From positions 1 to 60,567 of the forward strand of contig JALSOP010000022.1 in assembly GCA_026986435.1 (NCBI GenBank): DNA of 60,567 nucleotides, written 5' to 3'. Numbering within the stretch: position 1 is the stretch's first letter; the number at the start of each line of letters is the position of its first letter. The DNA comes from Desulfurococcales archaeon. Lineage in GTDB: Archaea; Thermoproteota; Thermoprotei_A; Sulfolobales; NBVN01. Below the pieces are notes generated by a model that was not told the DNA's origin, ran no database searches, and saw only the letters and a program-made list of their open reading frames with translations. The position numbers and the translations under genes were made by a program. This document shows, piece by piece, positions 16,148 to 26,627 of this stretch.

Positions 16148-16663
16148 TCAGATCATCCTCAATATAAGCTCATTGATCTTGTTCCCCCTATAGCCCAGCT
16201 CACCCTTCACCCTGTAGGGCCTGTCCTCGGTCTTCTCCTTAAACGGCAGCTTTATACTTCCCTTGAAACCTCCCTTCGGCGGATGTAGCCTGAAGACAGG
16301 CTTTATTTTGTCGCTGTACTTGTGCCACAGTATCTCCCCTTTGAGGAGCCTCTCAACGAGCTCGTCTATGGAGCCCACACCGAATATGCGCTTCAGGTCC
16401 TCCTCAGTCACCCTCTTGTTCCCTGGGAGGCGCCCTCGCTTGAGTATGAGCTGCCTGAGTGTGTCAGCGTCTATCTCGCCCCACGTTACCCAGTCCTTCA
16501 CAACAGCGAGCATCCCGTCAATGGTGGGGTTCTTTGGGTATAGAACCGCGTGGAACTTCTTGTGCAGCCTAAGCATCTTCAGTGTGTCCCTGACCCTCAG
16601 AGGCACATCGGCCGTGCCCCTTATCCTCACTATGACGTATAACGTCATCCTCGACCACCTCAC
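16148..16663 (-). CDS. rpl30: 50S ribosomal protein L30 (uL30)
   Basis: [36 protein letters not shown]... The likely start is the Met at 16648. Confidence 0.93.
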   Translation of the reverse strand: MRWSRMTLYVIVRIRGTADVPLRVRDTLKMLRLHKKFHAVLYPKNPTIDGMLAVVKDWVTWGEIDADTLRQLILKRGRLPGNKRVTEEDLKRIFGVGSIDELVERLLKGEILWHKYSDKIKPVFRLHPPKGGFKGSIKLPFKEKTEDRPYRVKGELGYRGNKINELILRMI

Positions 16664-17301
16664 TTCCTTGCCCAGTCATATACTGTGACGAACTTGTAGG
16701 TGTTCCGGAGAGCGTCGTATGTAGCGGCAACGAAGTTTATAGTGGTCCTCGTCTCTCCCTTGGTCCATGTCCACACGTCCTGGATGCCAGCGTACCTAAG
16801 AACTACCTTAGCTGCGTCGCCAGCCACAAGCCCGGTCCCTTTGGGGGCAGGGATGAGCCTTATTCTCACGCTTCCTGCCCTGCCTGTCACAGTGAAGGGG
16901 ACGCTGTGAGGTTCGTGACAAGAGCACTCCCAGCTACCGCAACCCCTCCTAACCGGGACAATGTTTAGTTTTGCTTCACGTATTGCTTTGTCAATAGCTC
17001 TTCTCAGCTGCTTCGCCTTTCCGAGCCCTATTCCTACGTAGCCGTCGAAGTTGCCCACAACTACCATGACCCGGAACCGAGTTAGTCTGCCAGCGTCAGT
17101 CTGCTTCTGAACTATGTTCACGTCAACGACCTCATGCTTGAGATCCGGAAGTAAATAGTCAACTATCTCCGGCTCCTTGATGACCATGTTGGAGTCGAAG
17201 ATCTCCTTTATGCTCGCTATCCTGCCCTCCTTAACCATCCACCCCAGCCTTGTCTTGGGCACCCATTCCTCGAGACTCGGTGTTCCGAGGGACATCGTCA
17301 C
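16660..17301 (-). CDS. rps5: 30S ribosomal protein S5 (uS5)
   Basis: 213 aa with a dsRBD-like domain followed by the S5 C-terminal domain. The operon order fits. Confidence 0.95.
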   Translation of the reverse strand: MTMSLGTPSLEEWVPKTRLGWMVKEGRIASIKEIFDSNMVIKEPEIVDYLLPDLKHEVVDVNIVQKQTDAGRLTRFRVMVVVGNFDGYVGIGLGKAKQLRRAIDKAIREAKLNIVPVRRGCGSWECSCHEPHSVPFTVTGRAGSVRIRLIPAPKGTGLVAGDAAKVVLRYAGIQDVWTWTKGETRTTINFVAATYDALRNTYKFVTVYDWARK

Positions 17302-17897
17302 TCACCTCCGAAAGAAGAGATTATCTTGTTCTTTATCTCCTCGAAGTGCTCGGGGTAGTTCCTGGGGTCGAAGCCCCTCTTCAGCATCGCCGAGAACTGC
17401 CTCTCGAACCTCGCTGGGTCCTCCTCGTACAGCTTCTTCGCGTACTCAGCGATATGCTCCCCCCTCACCCTATCGTCCGTGGGGAGTATCTCCTCAGATG
17501 CAGGGACCTCAACACCCGCGTCCCTCATACCCTTGATTACGGCGAACACCCTCGCACCCTTAACCGCCCTGTGCAGACCTATGTCCGGGACGGCGTAGGT
17601 TATGCCTTTCTTCTTCGCGAGCAAACCTGCGAGGAGACCTGTGAGGTACGCCGCCGGAGTGCTGTTCGGGTCGCCCCTCCAGCCAAGCTTGTTGAGGGCT
17701 TTGCTGGTCACCCCGGCAAGGGTTCTGTCACCGGTTGGGGCGAACTCTATGAACTGCGCTATGATGTACTTGTTTGTCTTCCTCACAACAGCCCTTATCT
17801 TCTGGCCAGACTTCAGTACCCTGTAGCGGAAGTAGTAGTCTGTCTTTCCCTGCCTTCTCCTCTTCCTAGACACCTTGTATCTCGGCCCTCTCGCCAT
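17298..17897 (-). CDS. rpl18: 50S ribosomal protein L18 (uL18)
   Basis: [27 protein letters not shown]... Confidence 0.95.
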   Translation of the reverse strand: MARGPRYKVSRKRRRQGKTDYYFRYRVLKSGQKIRAVVRKTNKYIIAQFIEFAPTGDRTLAGVTSKALNKLGWRGDPNSTPAAYLTGLLAGLLAKKKGITYAVPDIGLHRAVKGARVFAVIKGMRDAGVEVPASEEILPTDDRVRGEHIAEYAKKLYEEDPARFERQFSAMLKRGFDPRNYPEHFEEIKNKIISSFGGE

Positions 17898-17898
17898 G

Positions 17899-18354
17899 CT
17901 ACCTCACCTGATACCCCATTTCTTTCAGGTACCTCTTTAAGTCTGAGAGAGAGTCGAACTGACCACCCTTGGCGGCCATGTAGAGCTTCCTGTACGTGTG
18001 TCTGTCTATTACTCCGTGATCCCTGAGCCAGCGCAGGTACCTCCTCAGCTTCCTTATCGTGTTCACCCACTTCTCCTTCGGGTCCTGCCTCGCTCCCTTG
18101 ACACCCTTCCTCTTTCCGTGGCCGCGGCGGTGGCCCTTCTTTCTCTTCTGATGAAGTACCTTCCACCTGCTCCTCGAGTTCCCTTTCTTTGGGAGCACCT
18201 CTATCGCGCCGTCCCTGATGAGGCGCTTTATGTCCTCGCGGCTGAATGCCTCAGCGATCTCCTCAAGGCGCTCCGGGTTAAACCTTATCCTAGAAACACC
18301 GACGCCGAGCACCCCGGCCGCAAGCCTTTTCTGGAGAGTGAGGTCCGTCATCAC
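17899..18354 (-). CDS. rpl19e: 50S ribosomal protein L19e
   Basis: TDLTLQKRLAAGVLGVGVSRIRFNPERLEEI... Confidence 0.95.
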   Translation of the reverse strand: MMTDLTLQKRLAAGVLGVGVSRIRFNPERLEEIAEAFSREDIKRLIRDGAIEVLPKKGNSRSRWKVLHQKRKKGHRRGHGKRKGVKGARQDPKEKWVNTIRKLRRYLRWLRDHGVIDRHTYRKLYMAAKGGQFDSLSDLKRYLKEMGYQVR

Positions 18355-18357
18355 TGC

Positions 18358-18738
18358 TCACCTCCTGGCATTCGCTACTACGAAGCCCTTCTCGAGGGCC
18401 GTCCTCACTATGGCCTCTCTCTTACGGAGGCCGACCTTGCCGGACACGTACACAATTACCTCCTCCGGGTTCAGGCCCTCGAGTTCGGCAACGTTATGAA
18501 CGACCACAGGCCTGCGCCCGCTTGGGTGAAGACCCCTTATTATCTTAGGGGTCCTGTACCCAACTGAGACAACGGGTGGATAGCCCTTTAGCTTGAGGCG
18601 CATAGGGTTATCGATGCCCTTCGGCTTCTTCCACTTGAGCTTGTTCTCGAACTTCCAGAACTTCCACCACTGGTTCCTGTAGAACTCCGGCTTCCTCTTC
18701 CTCGCTATCAGCTCCTTGATCTTCTTTAGGTCGCTCAC
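18358..18738 (-). CDS. rpl32e: 50S ribosomal protein L32e
   Basis: ...KWKKPKGIDNPMRLKLKGYPPVVSVGYRTPKIIRGLHPSG... Confidence 0.95.
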   Translation of the reverse strand: MSDLKKIKELIARKRKPEFYRNQWWKFWKFENKLKWKKPKGIDNPMRLKLKGYPPVVSVGYRTPKIIRGLHPSGRRPVVVHNVAELEGLNPEEVIVYVSGKVGLRKREAIVRTALEKGFVVANARR

Positions 18739-19322
18739 GCTTCCTCACCTCCCACCATGTACTCCCGCTTGTATATGTAGATTCCGTCAACGAAGATCCT
18801 TGGGTCCCTGTCCTTCACCTTGGTGGCGAGCTCTATATTGGCGGCTGTCTGCCCAACCTCCTCTATGTCGATGCCCTCAACGATGACGTCATTCCTGCCC
18901 TCCAGCCTCACCCTGACATTCCCATAGATTCTTGCCTCCCTAGGCTTCCTCTCCCCGAGGAAGTTCTCTATATAAACGATCTTGTTCTCTTCATCTATCC
19001 TCACAGTTATCGGGAAGTGCGTGAACACTATCTTCATCCTGTACCTGAAGCCTTTCGTCACGCCGTCAATCATGTTCTTTATGTGAGCAGCTATGCTGAA
19101 GGTCATCGCCTTCTGCTTCCTCTTGGCGAAGTATGACTCAACTATGACACGCCTCCCATCGGGGTCGTACTTTATCATTACCCCCCTCGCGTAACTGAAG
19201 TCCTTCGTTAGGCTTCCCTTAGGGCCACTGACCGTGATCTTCTTACCCTCAATACTCACCTCTACGTTCTCCGGAACCGGCACCTCCTTCACTATGTGCA
19301 CCAGGCGCACCATTTTCCTCAC
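18735..19322 (-). CDS. rpl6: 50S ribosomal protein L6 (uL6)
   Basis: 195 aa with two uL6 repeats. The operon order fits. Confidence 0.95.
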   Translation of the reverse strand: MRKMVRLVHIVKEVPVPENVEVSIEGKKITVSGPKGSLTKDFSYARGVMIKYDPDGRRVIVESYFAKRKQKAMTFSIAAHIKNMIDGVTKGFRYRMKIVFTHFPITVRIDEENKIVYIENFLGERKPREARIYGNVRVRLEGRNDVIVEGIDIEEVGQTAANIELATKVKDRDPRIFVDGIYIYKREYMVGGEEA

Positions 19323-19325
19323 CCC

Positions 19326-19727
19326 TTAGTAGACGTACGCGAGGAGTATGCCGCCGATCCTCCTCTCTAAGGCCTCCCTGTGGGACATCACTCCCTGGGA
19401 GGTCGATATAATCAGTATCCCTATGTCCCTCGAGGGCAGGTACTTCCTCAGCCAGGCCGGCATCTCTCGCAGCTCCCTGTAGGTCACCGAGATCCTGGGC
19501 TTTATGACGCCAACCTTGTTTATTCTGCCGAGAAGCTGCACCTTTATCTTACCCCACCTGCCGTCATCTATGTGCTCGAACTCGCCGATGTAGCCGTACT
19601 TCTGCATTACCCTCAGGACCATGGCGATCAGCTTGGATGCCGGCGTTATGAGCGCCTCCCTATTCCCCCTCATCTCGTTATTCATTATTGTTGAGAGGGC
19701 GTTTGCCAGCGGGTCAGTCGATACCAT
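19326..19727 (-). CDS. rps8: 30S ribosomal protein S8 (uS8)
   Basis: [29 protein letters not shown]... Confidence 0.95.
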   Translation of the reverse strand: MVSTDPLANALSTIMNNEMRGNREALITPASKLIAMVLRVMQKYGYIGEFEHIDDGRWGKIKVQLLGRINKVGVIKPRISVTYRELREMPAWLRKYLPSRDIGILIISTSQGVMSHREALERRIGGILLAYVY

Positions 19728-19740
19728 CCACGATCACCCC

Positions 19741-19905
19741 TCAGCTGTACTTCTTGAATCCTAGCTCCAGGGCTATCTCCCTGAAGCATTGCCTACATAG
19801 GTACAGTCCGTACTTCTGTATCACGGCATCTCTGGACCCGCACCTCTGACAGACCTGCACGCCCCTGCCATACTTCCTTATTATCGGTGTCCTGTACTTA
19901 CCCAT
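19741..19905 (-). CDS. rps14: 30S ribosomal protein S14 type Z (uS14)
   Basis: It is absent from the ORF track because it is shorter than 60 aa. My own translation gives [54 protein letters not shown] (54 aa, CxxC...CxxC). It lies between L5 and S8. Confidence 0.92.
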   Translation of the reverse strand: MGKYRTPIIRKYGRGVQVCQRCGSRDAVIQKYGLYLCRQCFREIALELGFKKYS

Positions 19906-20488
19906 AGGTCACCACCTGCGCACCTAGCTCCTTTATGAAATAAACCATGGCGTCGAGCTTGTTGACCCTGTGCCTTCTCGGGATCTTCGAGCGTGCTCTT
20001 CTCCTCCTCATCACCCTGTAGCCTGGGCGCTCAATCTTCACCGCGACATCCATCCCGAACACGCCTATGTTGGGGTCGTACTTCACGCCGGGAAGCGAGA
20101 TGTGCTCGGCTATACCGAACGATACGTTGCCGTAGTCGTCAAAGCTCGAGGCCTTCACCCTCCAGTTGACTGCCTCAAGCGCCTTCTGAAGGAACTCCAT
20201 AGCCTTCTGCCCGCGGAGAGTTACCACGGCAGCTATGGGCTCGCCTTTCCTTATTCCGAATCCTTTAACTGTTCTCTTAGCCCTCCTTATCGATGGTTCT
20301 TGGCCGGTCAGCTCCCGAAGGACCTGGACAGCCTTCTGCAGTCTCTCGCCGGACTCTCCAACACCTATGTTAATGACCACCTTAGCTAATCTGGGCTTCA
20401 GCATCTGGTTCTTGCTCCACCTCTGGGCCACGCTCTCGATGGTCGCCTCATCCAATGCAGGTCTTACCTTCCTCACCACAAACGTCAT
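19898..20488 (-). CDS. rpl5: 50S ribosomal protein L5 (uL5)
   Basis: 196 aa with a typical uL5 sequence. The operon order fits. Confidence 0.95.
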   Translation of the reverse strand: MTFVVRKVRPALDEATIESVAQRWSKNQMLKPRLAKVVINIGVGESGERLQKAVQVLRELTGQEPSIRRAKRTVKGFGIRKGEPIAAVVTLRGQKAMEFLQKALEAVNWRVKASSFDDYGNVSFGIAEHISLPGVKYDPNIGVFGMDVAVKIERPGYRVMRRRRARSKIPRRHRVNKLDAMVYFIKELGAQVVTYG

Positions 20489-21246
20489 TTCAGCGCACCC
20501 TCCGGTAGCGTTATCTCAGGTTTTTCTCTGCCTACAACCATTATTTTGTCTAGAGTGGTGTAGAATACATTGCCGGCGAGGTCCTTCAGCGTCACGATCT
20601 TCCTGTACCTCCTCATGCCCTCGGACACGCTGACGAACTTCGCCACCTTACCGACGTTCCTTCCTCCTATTATGATCACTGTCACGCCCTTCTCGAGCGG
20701 TATGTAGTCAAGAATCTCCTGGTTAGGTAACGAGATCTTCACAGTGCCCATGGTCTTGTATATGTCCTCCTCCGGGTTGGTTGGGTCAGACACCCTCACG
20801 AGTATGTTCCTGCCGTCGTGGAGGTTGAGCTGTATGTGCCCTCCCTTGACCGTGGTCTTGTTCTCTATTCTGCAGAGTTTGAAGGAAGCCTCATCCTTAG
20901 GTATGGGGACAAGCGTCATCACCTTAACTGGTACCGGGACTACGCGGAAGAACTCCCCCGTATCAACTATTTCGACAACGTCCATGAGGCCTACCGGGAA
21001 TTTGTAGTCCCTCCTGACCCTGCCATCGACCTTGATGTGACCCTCCGCAATGATCTTCCTGGCCTCCCTCGCGGTGCTGGCATAGCCCAGGATATCCCTC
21101 ACAACAACAAGCAGCGGGAACGAGCGCTCCAGGGGGTGCGGGCCGGGCACTGGCTTCACAGCCCAGTGCCTTTCCTTAATTAGAATAGGCCAGAACCTCG
21201 GCGCCGCGAACCTCGTCAGGTGCCTCCTACCGCCCATCCTAGCCAT
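20485..21246 (-). CDS. rps4e: 30S ribosomal protein S4e
   Basis: 253 aa, [21 protein letters not shown]..., with S4 and KOW domains. Confidence 0.95.
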   Translation of the reverse strand: MARMGGRRHLTRFAAPRFWPILIKERHWAVKPVPGPHPLERSFPLLVVVRDILGYASTAREARKIIAEGHIKVDGRVRRDYKFPVGLMDVVEIVDTGEFFRVVPVPVKVMTLVPIPKDEASFKLCRIENKTTVKGGHIQLNLHDGRNILVRVSDPTNPEEDIYKTMGTVKISLPNQEILDYIPLEKGVTVIIIGGRNVGKVAKFVSVSEGMRRYRKIVTLKDLAGNVFYTTLDKIMVVGREKPEITLPEGALK

Positions 21247-21683
21247 TACTCCTCACCCTCACCTTCCTCTGACCTGGTACTCTCCTCAGTAGGGGACTCT
21301 TTAACTTTCCTTCTTCTTTCAATTATCTTCTTCCTCACCTCATCGCTTACGTCAGCCTTAACGATCATGACGTTGGATGGGTGGATCGGGTAGTAGACAG
21401 GGGTTCCGTCAGCCTTCTTAATCATAACGCCCTCTATGTGGAGCCTTACCCTCTTGTAGTCAACCTTAACAACCTTGCCGACCTTCCCAGCGAATGACCC
21501 CCTCATTATGAGTACTTCATCGCCTACCCTAACAGGGAGCCTCCTTACCCCGAGCTTCTTCCTCAGCTCCTTCGAGAGAGGGGCGTTGAAGAACTTGTGC
21601 CTCTTATGGAGCGGTGCCCTATATATCTCGAGCCTCTGCTTGCTAGGCTTTATTGACGGCATCGAAGTCACCTCCCCTCTCAA
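21246..21683 (-). CDS. rpl24: 50S ribosomal protein L24 (uL24)
   Basis: KOW motif ([25 protein letters not shown]) with an acidic C-terminal tail. Confidence 0.93.
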   Translation of the reverse strand: MRGEVTSMPSIKPSKQRLEIYRAPLHKRHKFFNAPLSKELRKKLGVRRLPVRVGDEVLIMRGSFAGKVGKVVKVDYKRVRLHIEGVMIKKADGTPVYYPIHPSNVMIVKADVSDEVRKKIIERRRKVKESPTEESTRSEEGEGEE

Positions 21684-22096
21684 ACAACTATCGAGGCCAG
21701 CTGCGCCACACTCGACCAGCGCTCAGCAGCCTCCTTCGCGACCGGACCCCTTATCTCGCTGCCCTTCAGACTGCCGTCGGGCTTCGCTATGACACACGCG
21801 TTATCCTCGAAGACCACCCAGGTACCGTCGGGCCTCCTGTAAGGCTTCTTCTGCCTCACTATTATCGCGTTCATGACCTGACCGACCAGATCCGCCTTAC
21901 CTTTCTTCACAGTCACAACAACCATGTCACCGACAGTGGCGAAGGGTATTCTCCTCGCCCTCGTCTTCAGACCAGGAACACCTATTACCATGACCTCCTT
22001 AGCACCGCTGTTGTCTGCCACCCTCAGTCTTGTCCCAACTATTATCCCAGGCGAGTAGCCCCGCCGACTAAACTGGGCTATCTTCTTCTTCGGCAT
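21680..22096 (-). CDS. rpl14: 50S ribosomal protein L14 (uL14)
   Basis: ...[17 protein letters not shown]... is a typical uL14 sequence. Confidence 0.95.
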   Translation of the reverse strand: MPKKKIAQFSRRGYSPGIIVGTRLRVADNSGAKEVMVIGVPGLKTRARRIPFATVGDMVVVTVKKGKADLVGQVMNAIIVRQKKPYRRPDGTWVVFEDNACVIAKPDGSLKGSEIRGPVAKEAAERWSSVAQLASIVV

Positions 22097-22467
22097 CAGG
22101 CAACACCCCCGCCCTTCTTAATGACTCCTAACACCACCCACGCAACAGACTTCGCCAAGGGCCTGGTCTCGCCAATGAGCACGGCGTCGCCCGGCTCTAC
22201 ATCAATGCACGGGGGCAGGTACGCGTGTATCTTTGAGCGCCTGCGCTCGTACCTCATGTACTTCCTATCGTAGATCAGGTAGTTCCTCTCAACGACCACA
22301 ACTTTCTTCATCTTGGTCTTTACTACCACACCCTCCAGTAAGCCACCCCTAACCTTTAGGTGACCGTGCCAGGGACACTTAGGGTCATCACACGCTTTCT
22401 CCGGCGGCTTAAGCCCTGGGTACCTGATCCCCACATCACGGGTTCTTGCACGCGCCACACTGCTCAC
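22096..22467 (-). CDS. rps17: 30S ribosomal protein S17 (uS17)
   Basis: ...[34 protein letters not shown]... Confidence 0.93.
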   Translation of the reverse strand: MSSVARARTRDVGIRYPGLKPPEKACDDPKCPWHGHLKVRGGLLEGVVVKTKMKKVVVVERNYLIYDRKYMRYERRRSKIHAYLPPCIDVEPGDAVLIGETRPLAKSVAWVVLGVIKKGGGVA

Positions 22468-22742
22468 CTCCCATACCTCTTGAGCCTGTCCTCAGGCCTA
22501 CCCTCTATTGAGGTGCCCGCCAGCTCTACCCTTTCGCGGGCACCGAGCTTAAAAACAAATACACCGCCATGCTTAGGCACGATCCTCTCCCTCCCATCCA
22601 CAGACTCGATAACCAGTGTGTTCCGTGTCTCGTCAACGACCCTACCGCTCAAGCCCCTCAAGGTAGGGTCTGTGTGTTCCTTCACAATAACTTCCAAACC
22701 TATTAATTCATGATAGGGTAGGTTCCTCCGAGTTCTCCTCAA
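22464..22742 (-). CDS. rnp1: RNase P protein component 1 (Rpp29/Pop4)
   Basis: LIGLEVIVKEHTDPTLRGLSGRVVDETRNTLVIES has the Sm-like Rpp29 fold signature. It sits in the conserved slot between L29 and S17. Confidence 0.88.
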   Translation of the reverse strand: MRRTRRNLPYHELIGLEVIVKEHTDPTLRGLSGRVVDETRNTLVIESVDGRERIVPKHGGVFVFKLGARERVELAGTSIEGRPEDRLKRYGR

Positions 22743-22948
22743 CCCTGCTTACCCCCTAGTTCTTCCTCACGCATTATCGTGAGTACCCTGGCTATGTTCT
22801 TCCTCACGACCCTCAGCCTACCGATGTTGCGTAGAGTGCCGACCCTGGCCTGGGTCCTCAGCTTTATCAGCTCTATCCTGAGCTCACGGAGCAGCTTCTC
22901 CCTCTCCTCCTTACTCATTTTCCGTATCTCTTCCGGCGAGAGACTCAT
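22739..22948 (-). CDS. rpl29: 50S ribosomal protein L29 (uL29)
   Basis: 69 aa containing ...EEIRKMSKEEREKLLRELRIELIKLR... Confidence 0.93.
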   Translation of the reverse strand: MSLSPEEIRKMSKEEREKLLRELRIELIKLRTQARVGTLRNIGRLRVVRKNIARVLTIMREEELGGKQG

Positions 22949-23601
22949 GCAGCCTCACCCCCCTCTTCCGGAGCTGGCCCGGCCTCCGCGGCCATCTCCT
23001 CCGGGGTCCTTATCCTGACGATGTCGTCGGGCTCGCCGGGCTTCACTATCGTCACCTGTATACCGTACATGCCGGGCTTCCTTAGGAGGTGGACGACGGC
23101 CCTGTCCACGAGGTGCTCGACGTGGTGCCCGCTCTTGTAGACCTTACCGAACCTGAGCTTCTCGTACCTGGCGCGCTCCGAGGTGAGCTTCCCACTGACG
23201 ATGACCTCGACGCCCACGGCGCCAGCGCCTAGTACCCTCCTAACTGTGACGAACGCTGCCCTCCTGAAGTGATAGCCCCTCTCTATCGCTATGGCGAGGC
23301 GCTGGGCCATGACCCTAGCGTTAAGGTCTGGGTCAGGTACCTGAGTCACGGTTATCTGGGGGTTCTCGAGCTTGAAGTGCTTGCGGAATACCTCAGTGAG
23401 GCGCTTTATGGTCTGGCCCCTCCTTCCGATGATGAGGGCCGGCCTGTCGGCATAGATAACTATCCTCGTGCCCAGAGGAGTCGTTATTAGGTCTATGTGG
23501 GAGTAGCCAGCCCTCATGAAGTTCTTGGCCAGGTACTCGTCAATCTTTATCCTGAGCTTGGAGAGTTCAATAAAGTACTTCTTTATATTCACCCTAGCCA
23601 C
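22945..23601 (-). CDS. rps3: 30S ribosomal protein S3 (uS3)
   Basis: KH domain (IIGRRGQTIKRLTEVF) followed by the S3 C-terminal domain. Confidence 0.95.
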   Translation of the reverse strand: MARVNIKKYFIELSKLRIKIDEYLAKNFMRAGYSHIDLITTPLGTRIVIYADRPALIIGRRGQTIKRLTEVFRKHFKLENPQITVTQVPDPDLNARVMAQRLAIAIERGYHFRRAAFVTVRRVLGAGAVGVEVIVSGKLTSERARYEKLRFGKVYKSGHHVEHLVDRAVVHLLRKPGMYGIQVTIVKPGEPDDIVRIRTPEEMAAEAGPAPEEGGEAA

Positions 23602-23607
23602 TCATCA

Positions 23608-24117
23608 TCACCTCTTCGCACCTCCCTCTTTCTTGGAGAGAACCTCTTTAACGATGACCTCCATGTGAACGGTTGTGCCGAACTTGGGTGTGGCCCTCCC
23701 AAAGGCCCTGGGCATGTACCTCTTGAGTACGGGGCCCTTATGGGCCGCTATGTGGATGATCACGAGGCTGTCCACATCTAGGTTCTTGTTCTCGGCATTA
23801 TTCCTGACGTTCTCGAGGAGCTTGAGTATGGCCTTAGCGGTCTTCACAGGGTACCGGCCTATCGGGGTCTTCCACTTAGGGAACGCCTTCGCCAGACCCC
23901 GCTTATGAGCCACCTTCCTCTTGTACCTGACGTAAGGCACCGGCATCTCCTTCCTTATCACTTTCTTAAGGAAGTCGATCGCGTCGTCCAGCCTCATCCC
24001 CCTGATGATCTTCATTATCTCATACGCTTCCTTCAGGGACACTGGCTGGTCCCAGCTCATGGCCTTAGCCGTTCTCTCCTCATCCACCTCCTTTACTGAG
24101 TAATGCCAGACTGGCAT
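23608..24117 (-). CDS. rpl22: 50S ribosomal protein L22 (uL22)
   Basis: MPVWHYSVKEVDEERTAKAMSWDQPVSLKEAYEIMKIIRGM... The track ORF extends to 24183; the Met at 24117 matches other crenarchaeal L22 N-termini. Confidence 0.93.
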   Translation of the reverse strand: MPVWHYSVKEVDEERTAKAMSWDQPVSLKEAYEIMKIIRGMRLDDAIDFLKKVIRKEMPVPYVRYKRKVAHKRGLAKAFPKWKTPIGRYPVKTAKAILKLLENVRNNAENKNLDVDSLVIIHIAAHKGPVLKRYMPRAFGRATPKFGTTVHMEVIVKEVLSKKEGGAKR

Positions 24118-24251
24118 ATCCCATCGCCCACTGCCTAGTGCTCTTTCCACAGGGGTATAAATAAGGTACTCTCCCCGAATCACCGCCTGTGATGATTGTA
24201 TAGGAAGCTAAAGCTCCTTATTACCCCGCATGAACACCCCTTTCGGGTGCT

Positions 24252-25706
24252 ATGATGAGCCACCACGTACCGCTTCAGAGAGTTGATCGCTATACGTGGG
24301 TGATACCGAAAAAGTATAAGCCGTGCATGAGGGTACCCTCCACAATATTCGCTGACGAGGTGCTCCTAAAGAAGATGCAGGGTGACAGAACCCTTGAGCA
24401 AGCAGCCAACATATCTTGTCTCCCCGGTGTCCAGCTCTCTACATACGTGATGCCGGACGGGCACCAGGGATACGGCTTCCCGATCGGGGGTGTGGCAGGC
24501 ATAAGCTACGAGGACGGCGTCGTATCGCCCGGCGGAGTAGGCTATGACATCAATTGCGGCGTCAGGCTCATCAGAACGGACCTGGATGAGAAGGATGTGA
24601 GACCAAAGATAAAGGAGCTCGTTGACGAACTCTTCCGCAACATACCCTCGGGTGTGGGTTCTAGGGGGAGAGTGAAGCTAAGCATAGACGAGCTCGACCG
24701 CGTTCTTGAGGAGGGTGTTGACTGGGCTATAGGGAAGGGCTATGGCTGGGCCGACGACCCCGAGCACATCGAGGAGAAGGGCCACATGAGGACCGCCGAC
24801 GCAACAAAGGTGAGCAGGAGGGCGAAGCAGAGAGGCGCTCCTCAGCTAGGGACGCTGGGCGCGGGCAACCACTTTCTGGAGGTGCAGGTTGTGGACAAGA
24901 TCTACGATGAGGAGGTAGCGAAGGCCATAGGCATAACGCATGAGGGCCAGGTAACCGTGATGATCCACACGGGCTCAAGGGGCCTGGGGCACCAGGTTGC
25001 CAGCGATTACTTAATGATAATGGAGAGGGCGATGAGGAAGTACGGCATAAGGCCGCCCGACAGAGAGCTTGCGTCAGTACCGATCAACTCCAGGGAGGGC
25101 CAGGACTACTTCGCCGCTATGTCCGCCGCCGCCAACTACGCGTGGACCAACAGGCAACTCATAACTCACTGGGCCAGGGAGAGCTTCCGGAATGTCTTCC
25201 ACAGGGACCCCGACGCCCTTGGAATGAGGATAGTGTACGACGTCGCCCACAACATCGCTAAGATTGAGGAGCACGTCATCAACGGAAAGAGAATGAAGCT
25301 GGTCGTTCACAGGAAGGGGGCGACCAGGGCGTTCCCGCCGGGCCATCCCGAGATACCCGCCGATCACAGGCCATACGGCCAGGTCGTCCTAATACCAGGC
25401 TCTATGGGCACCGCCAGCTACGTCATGGTCGGTGTGCCAGAGGGGGCCAGGACGTTCTACTCCTCAGCACACGGCGCTGGTAGGTGGATGTCCAGGCACG
25501 CCGCTGTGAGGACTTATCGCCCGAGGCAGATAACGGAGGAGCTCCTAAGGAAGGGCATATACCTGAGGGCAGCAACTGCCAGGGTCATAGCCGAGGAGGC
25601 CCCTGGGGCGTACAAGGACGTGGACAGGGTCGTGATGGTAACTCATGAGGTCAAGATAGCGAAGCTCGTGGCCAGGCTGAGGCCCATAGGTGTGGCTAAG
25701 GGATGA
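24252..25706 (+). CDS. rtcB: RNA 3'-phosphate/5'-OH ligase RtcB (tRNA-splicing ligase)
   Basis: 484 aa with RtcB metal and GMP-His motifs (GYDINCGVR, GTLGAGNHFLE, HTGSRGLGHQV, SSAHGAGR). Confidence 0.95.
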   Translation: MMSHHVPLQRVDRYTWVIPKKYKPCMRVPSTIFADEVLLKKMQGDRTLEQAANISCLPGVQLSTYVMPDGHQGYGFPIGGVAGISYEDGVVSPGGVGYDINCGVRLIRTDLDEKDVRPKIKELVDELFRNIPSGVGSRGRVKLSIDELDRVLEEGVDWAIGKGYGWADDPEHIEEKGHMRTADATKVSRRAKQRGAPQLGTLGAGNHFLEVQVVDKIYDEEVAKAIGITHEGQVTVMIHTGSRGLGHQVASDYLMIMERAMRKYGIRPPDRELASVPINSREGQDYFAAMSAAANYAWTNRQLITHWARESFRNVFHRDPDALGMRIVYDVAHNIAKIEEHVINGKRMKLVVHRKGATRAFPPGHPEIPADHRPYGQVVLIPGSMGTASYVMVGVPEGARTFYSSAHGAGRWMSRHAAVRTYRPRQITEELLRKGIYLRAATARVIAEEAPGAYKDVDRVVMVTHEVKIAKLVARLRPIGVAKG

Positions 25707-26101
25707 GGAGGCGCTCCTGCTACGTCGTAATCGAGAGGATAGTTTTTCCCTGCTTTCTAGACTTCATGGAGGACTCCGTAGCCGTTAAGTACGTCCGCGA
25801 GCCGGTAATGACCACACATAGGAGGAAGGGATCGCTTCACTTCTCTCAGCTCACCATAGTCTCCAAGAGAGGGAGAGAATTCACTATTACTATAAGGTAT
25901 GATGAGATAGACGACATCACCTACTCCCAGATCGACCTAACCAAAGAGAAGAGGAAGAAGCTGAGGGAGCTGTTTCCAGAGGAGGTTACGAGGGTCTACG
26001 ACACGAGGATCGTCTGGGGCGATAGCGACACACGTGTACTGATAACCCCGCATCTCTTGAGGAGATTGCTGAGAAAATGGAGGGAGTATAGGGAGGATTA
26101 G
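25703..26101 (+). CDS. hypothetical protein, translationally coupled to rtcB
   Basis: 132 aa. Its start overlaps the rtcB stop (ATGA). The C-terminus is basic. No family was recognised. Confidence 0.5.
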   Translation: MRRRSCYVVIERIVFPCFLDFMEDSVAVKYVREPVMTTHRRKGSLHFSQLTIVSKRGREFTITIRYDEIDDITYSQIDLTKEKRKKLRELFPEEVTRVYDTRIVWGDSDTRVLITPHLLRRLLRKWREYRED

Positions 26102-26104
26102 GCC

Positions 26105-26617
26105 TTACTTCATCGCGGCGAAGAGCGAGGACCTGGTCGCCTTCAGGCCCGGCTCGCCGTGCTGCACCGCCTTAGTCGGGTGCGAGAACTCGCCGAGGTA
26201 GTGGCCTATCATCTCCGGCGTTATCCTGAACCTCACGAACTCCTTCCCGTTGTATACCTCGAATGTCATCCCGACCATTATCGGGAGGATTATGGCGTCC
26301 CTCACATGGGTCCTTATCAAGACGTTCTTGCCCTGCTTCATGAGTTCCCTAGCCTTCATCACCTTCCTATAGAGCTTCATCCTCGGCGACTCCTTAATCC
26401 CCATCTCGGCCCTCCTCTGCTGAACAGCGGGGTTAGACTCCCTCAGGAGGGACCTCCTCGCCCTCGCAGGCAGTAGCTCGATGAACTCGTCCATGCTCAT
26501 GCTCAGGAGCTCCTCTAGGGTCTTGCCCCTGTACCTGAACCTCCTCCACTCGGGCGGTATCTCTATACCTAGGTCGCTCGACACCTGCTCTGCACCGCCA
26601 ACCTTTGCATTGCCCAC
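26105..26617 (-). CDS. rps19: 30S ribosomal protein S19 (uS19)
   Basis: ...[38 protein letters not shown]...[49 protein letters not shown]...[14 protein letters not shown]. The likely start is the internal GTG at about 26584. It carries an extra loop of about 14 aa relative to my recollection of Sulfolobus S19. Confidence 0.92.
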   Translation of the reverse strand: MGNAKVGGAEQVSSDLGIEIPPEWRRFRYRGKTLEELLSMSMDEFIELLPARARRSLLRESNPAVQQRRAEMGIKESPRMKLYRKVMKARELMKQGKNVLIRTHVRDAIILPIMVGMTFEVYNGKEFVRFRITPEMIGHYLGEFSHPTKAVQHGEPGLKATRSSLFAAMK

Positions 26618-26627
26618 CTTTTAAAGC

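Noticed and set aside
24188-24251. GTGATGA + 12 nt + CTAA upstream of rtcB, which looks like half of a C/D sRNA
   Set aside because: There is no C' box at a sensible distance and no terminal CUGA. The region is better explained as the rtcB promoter or leader.
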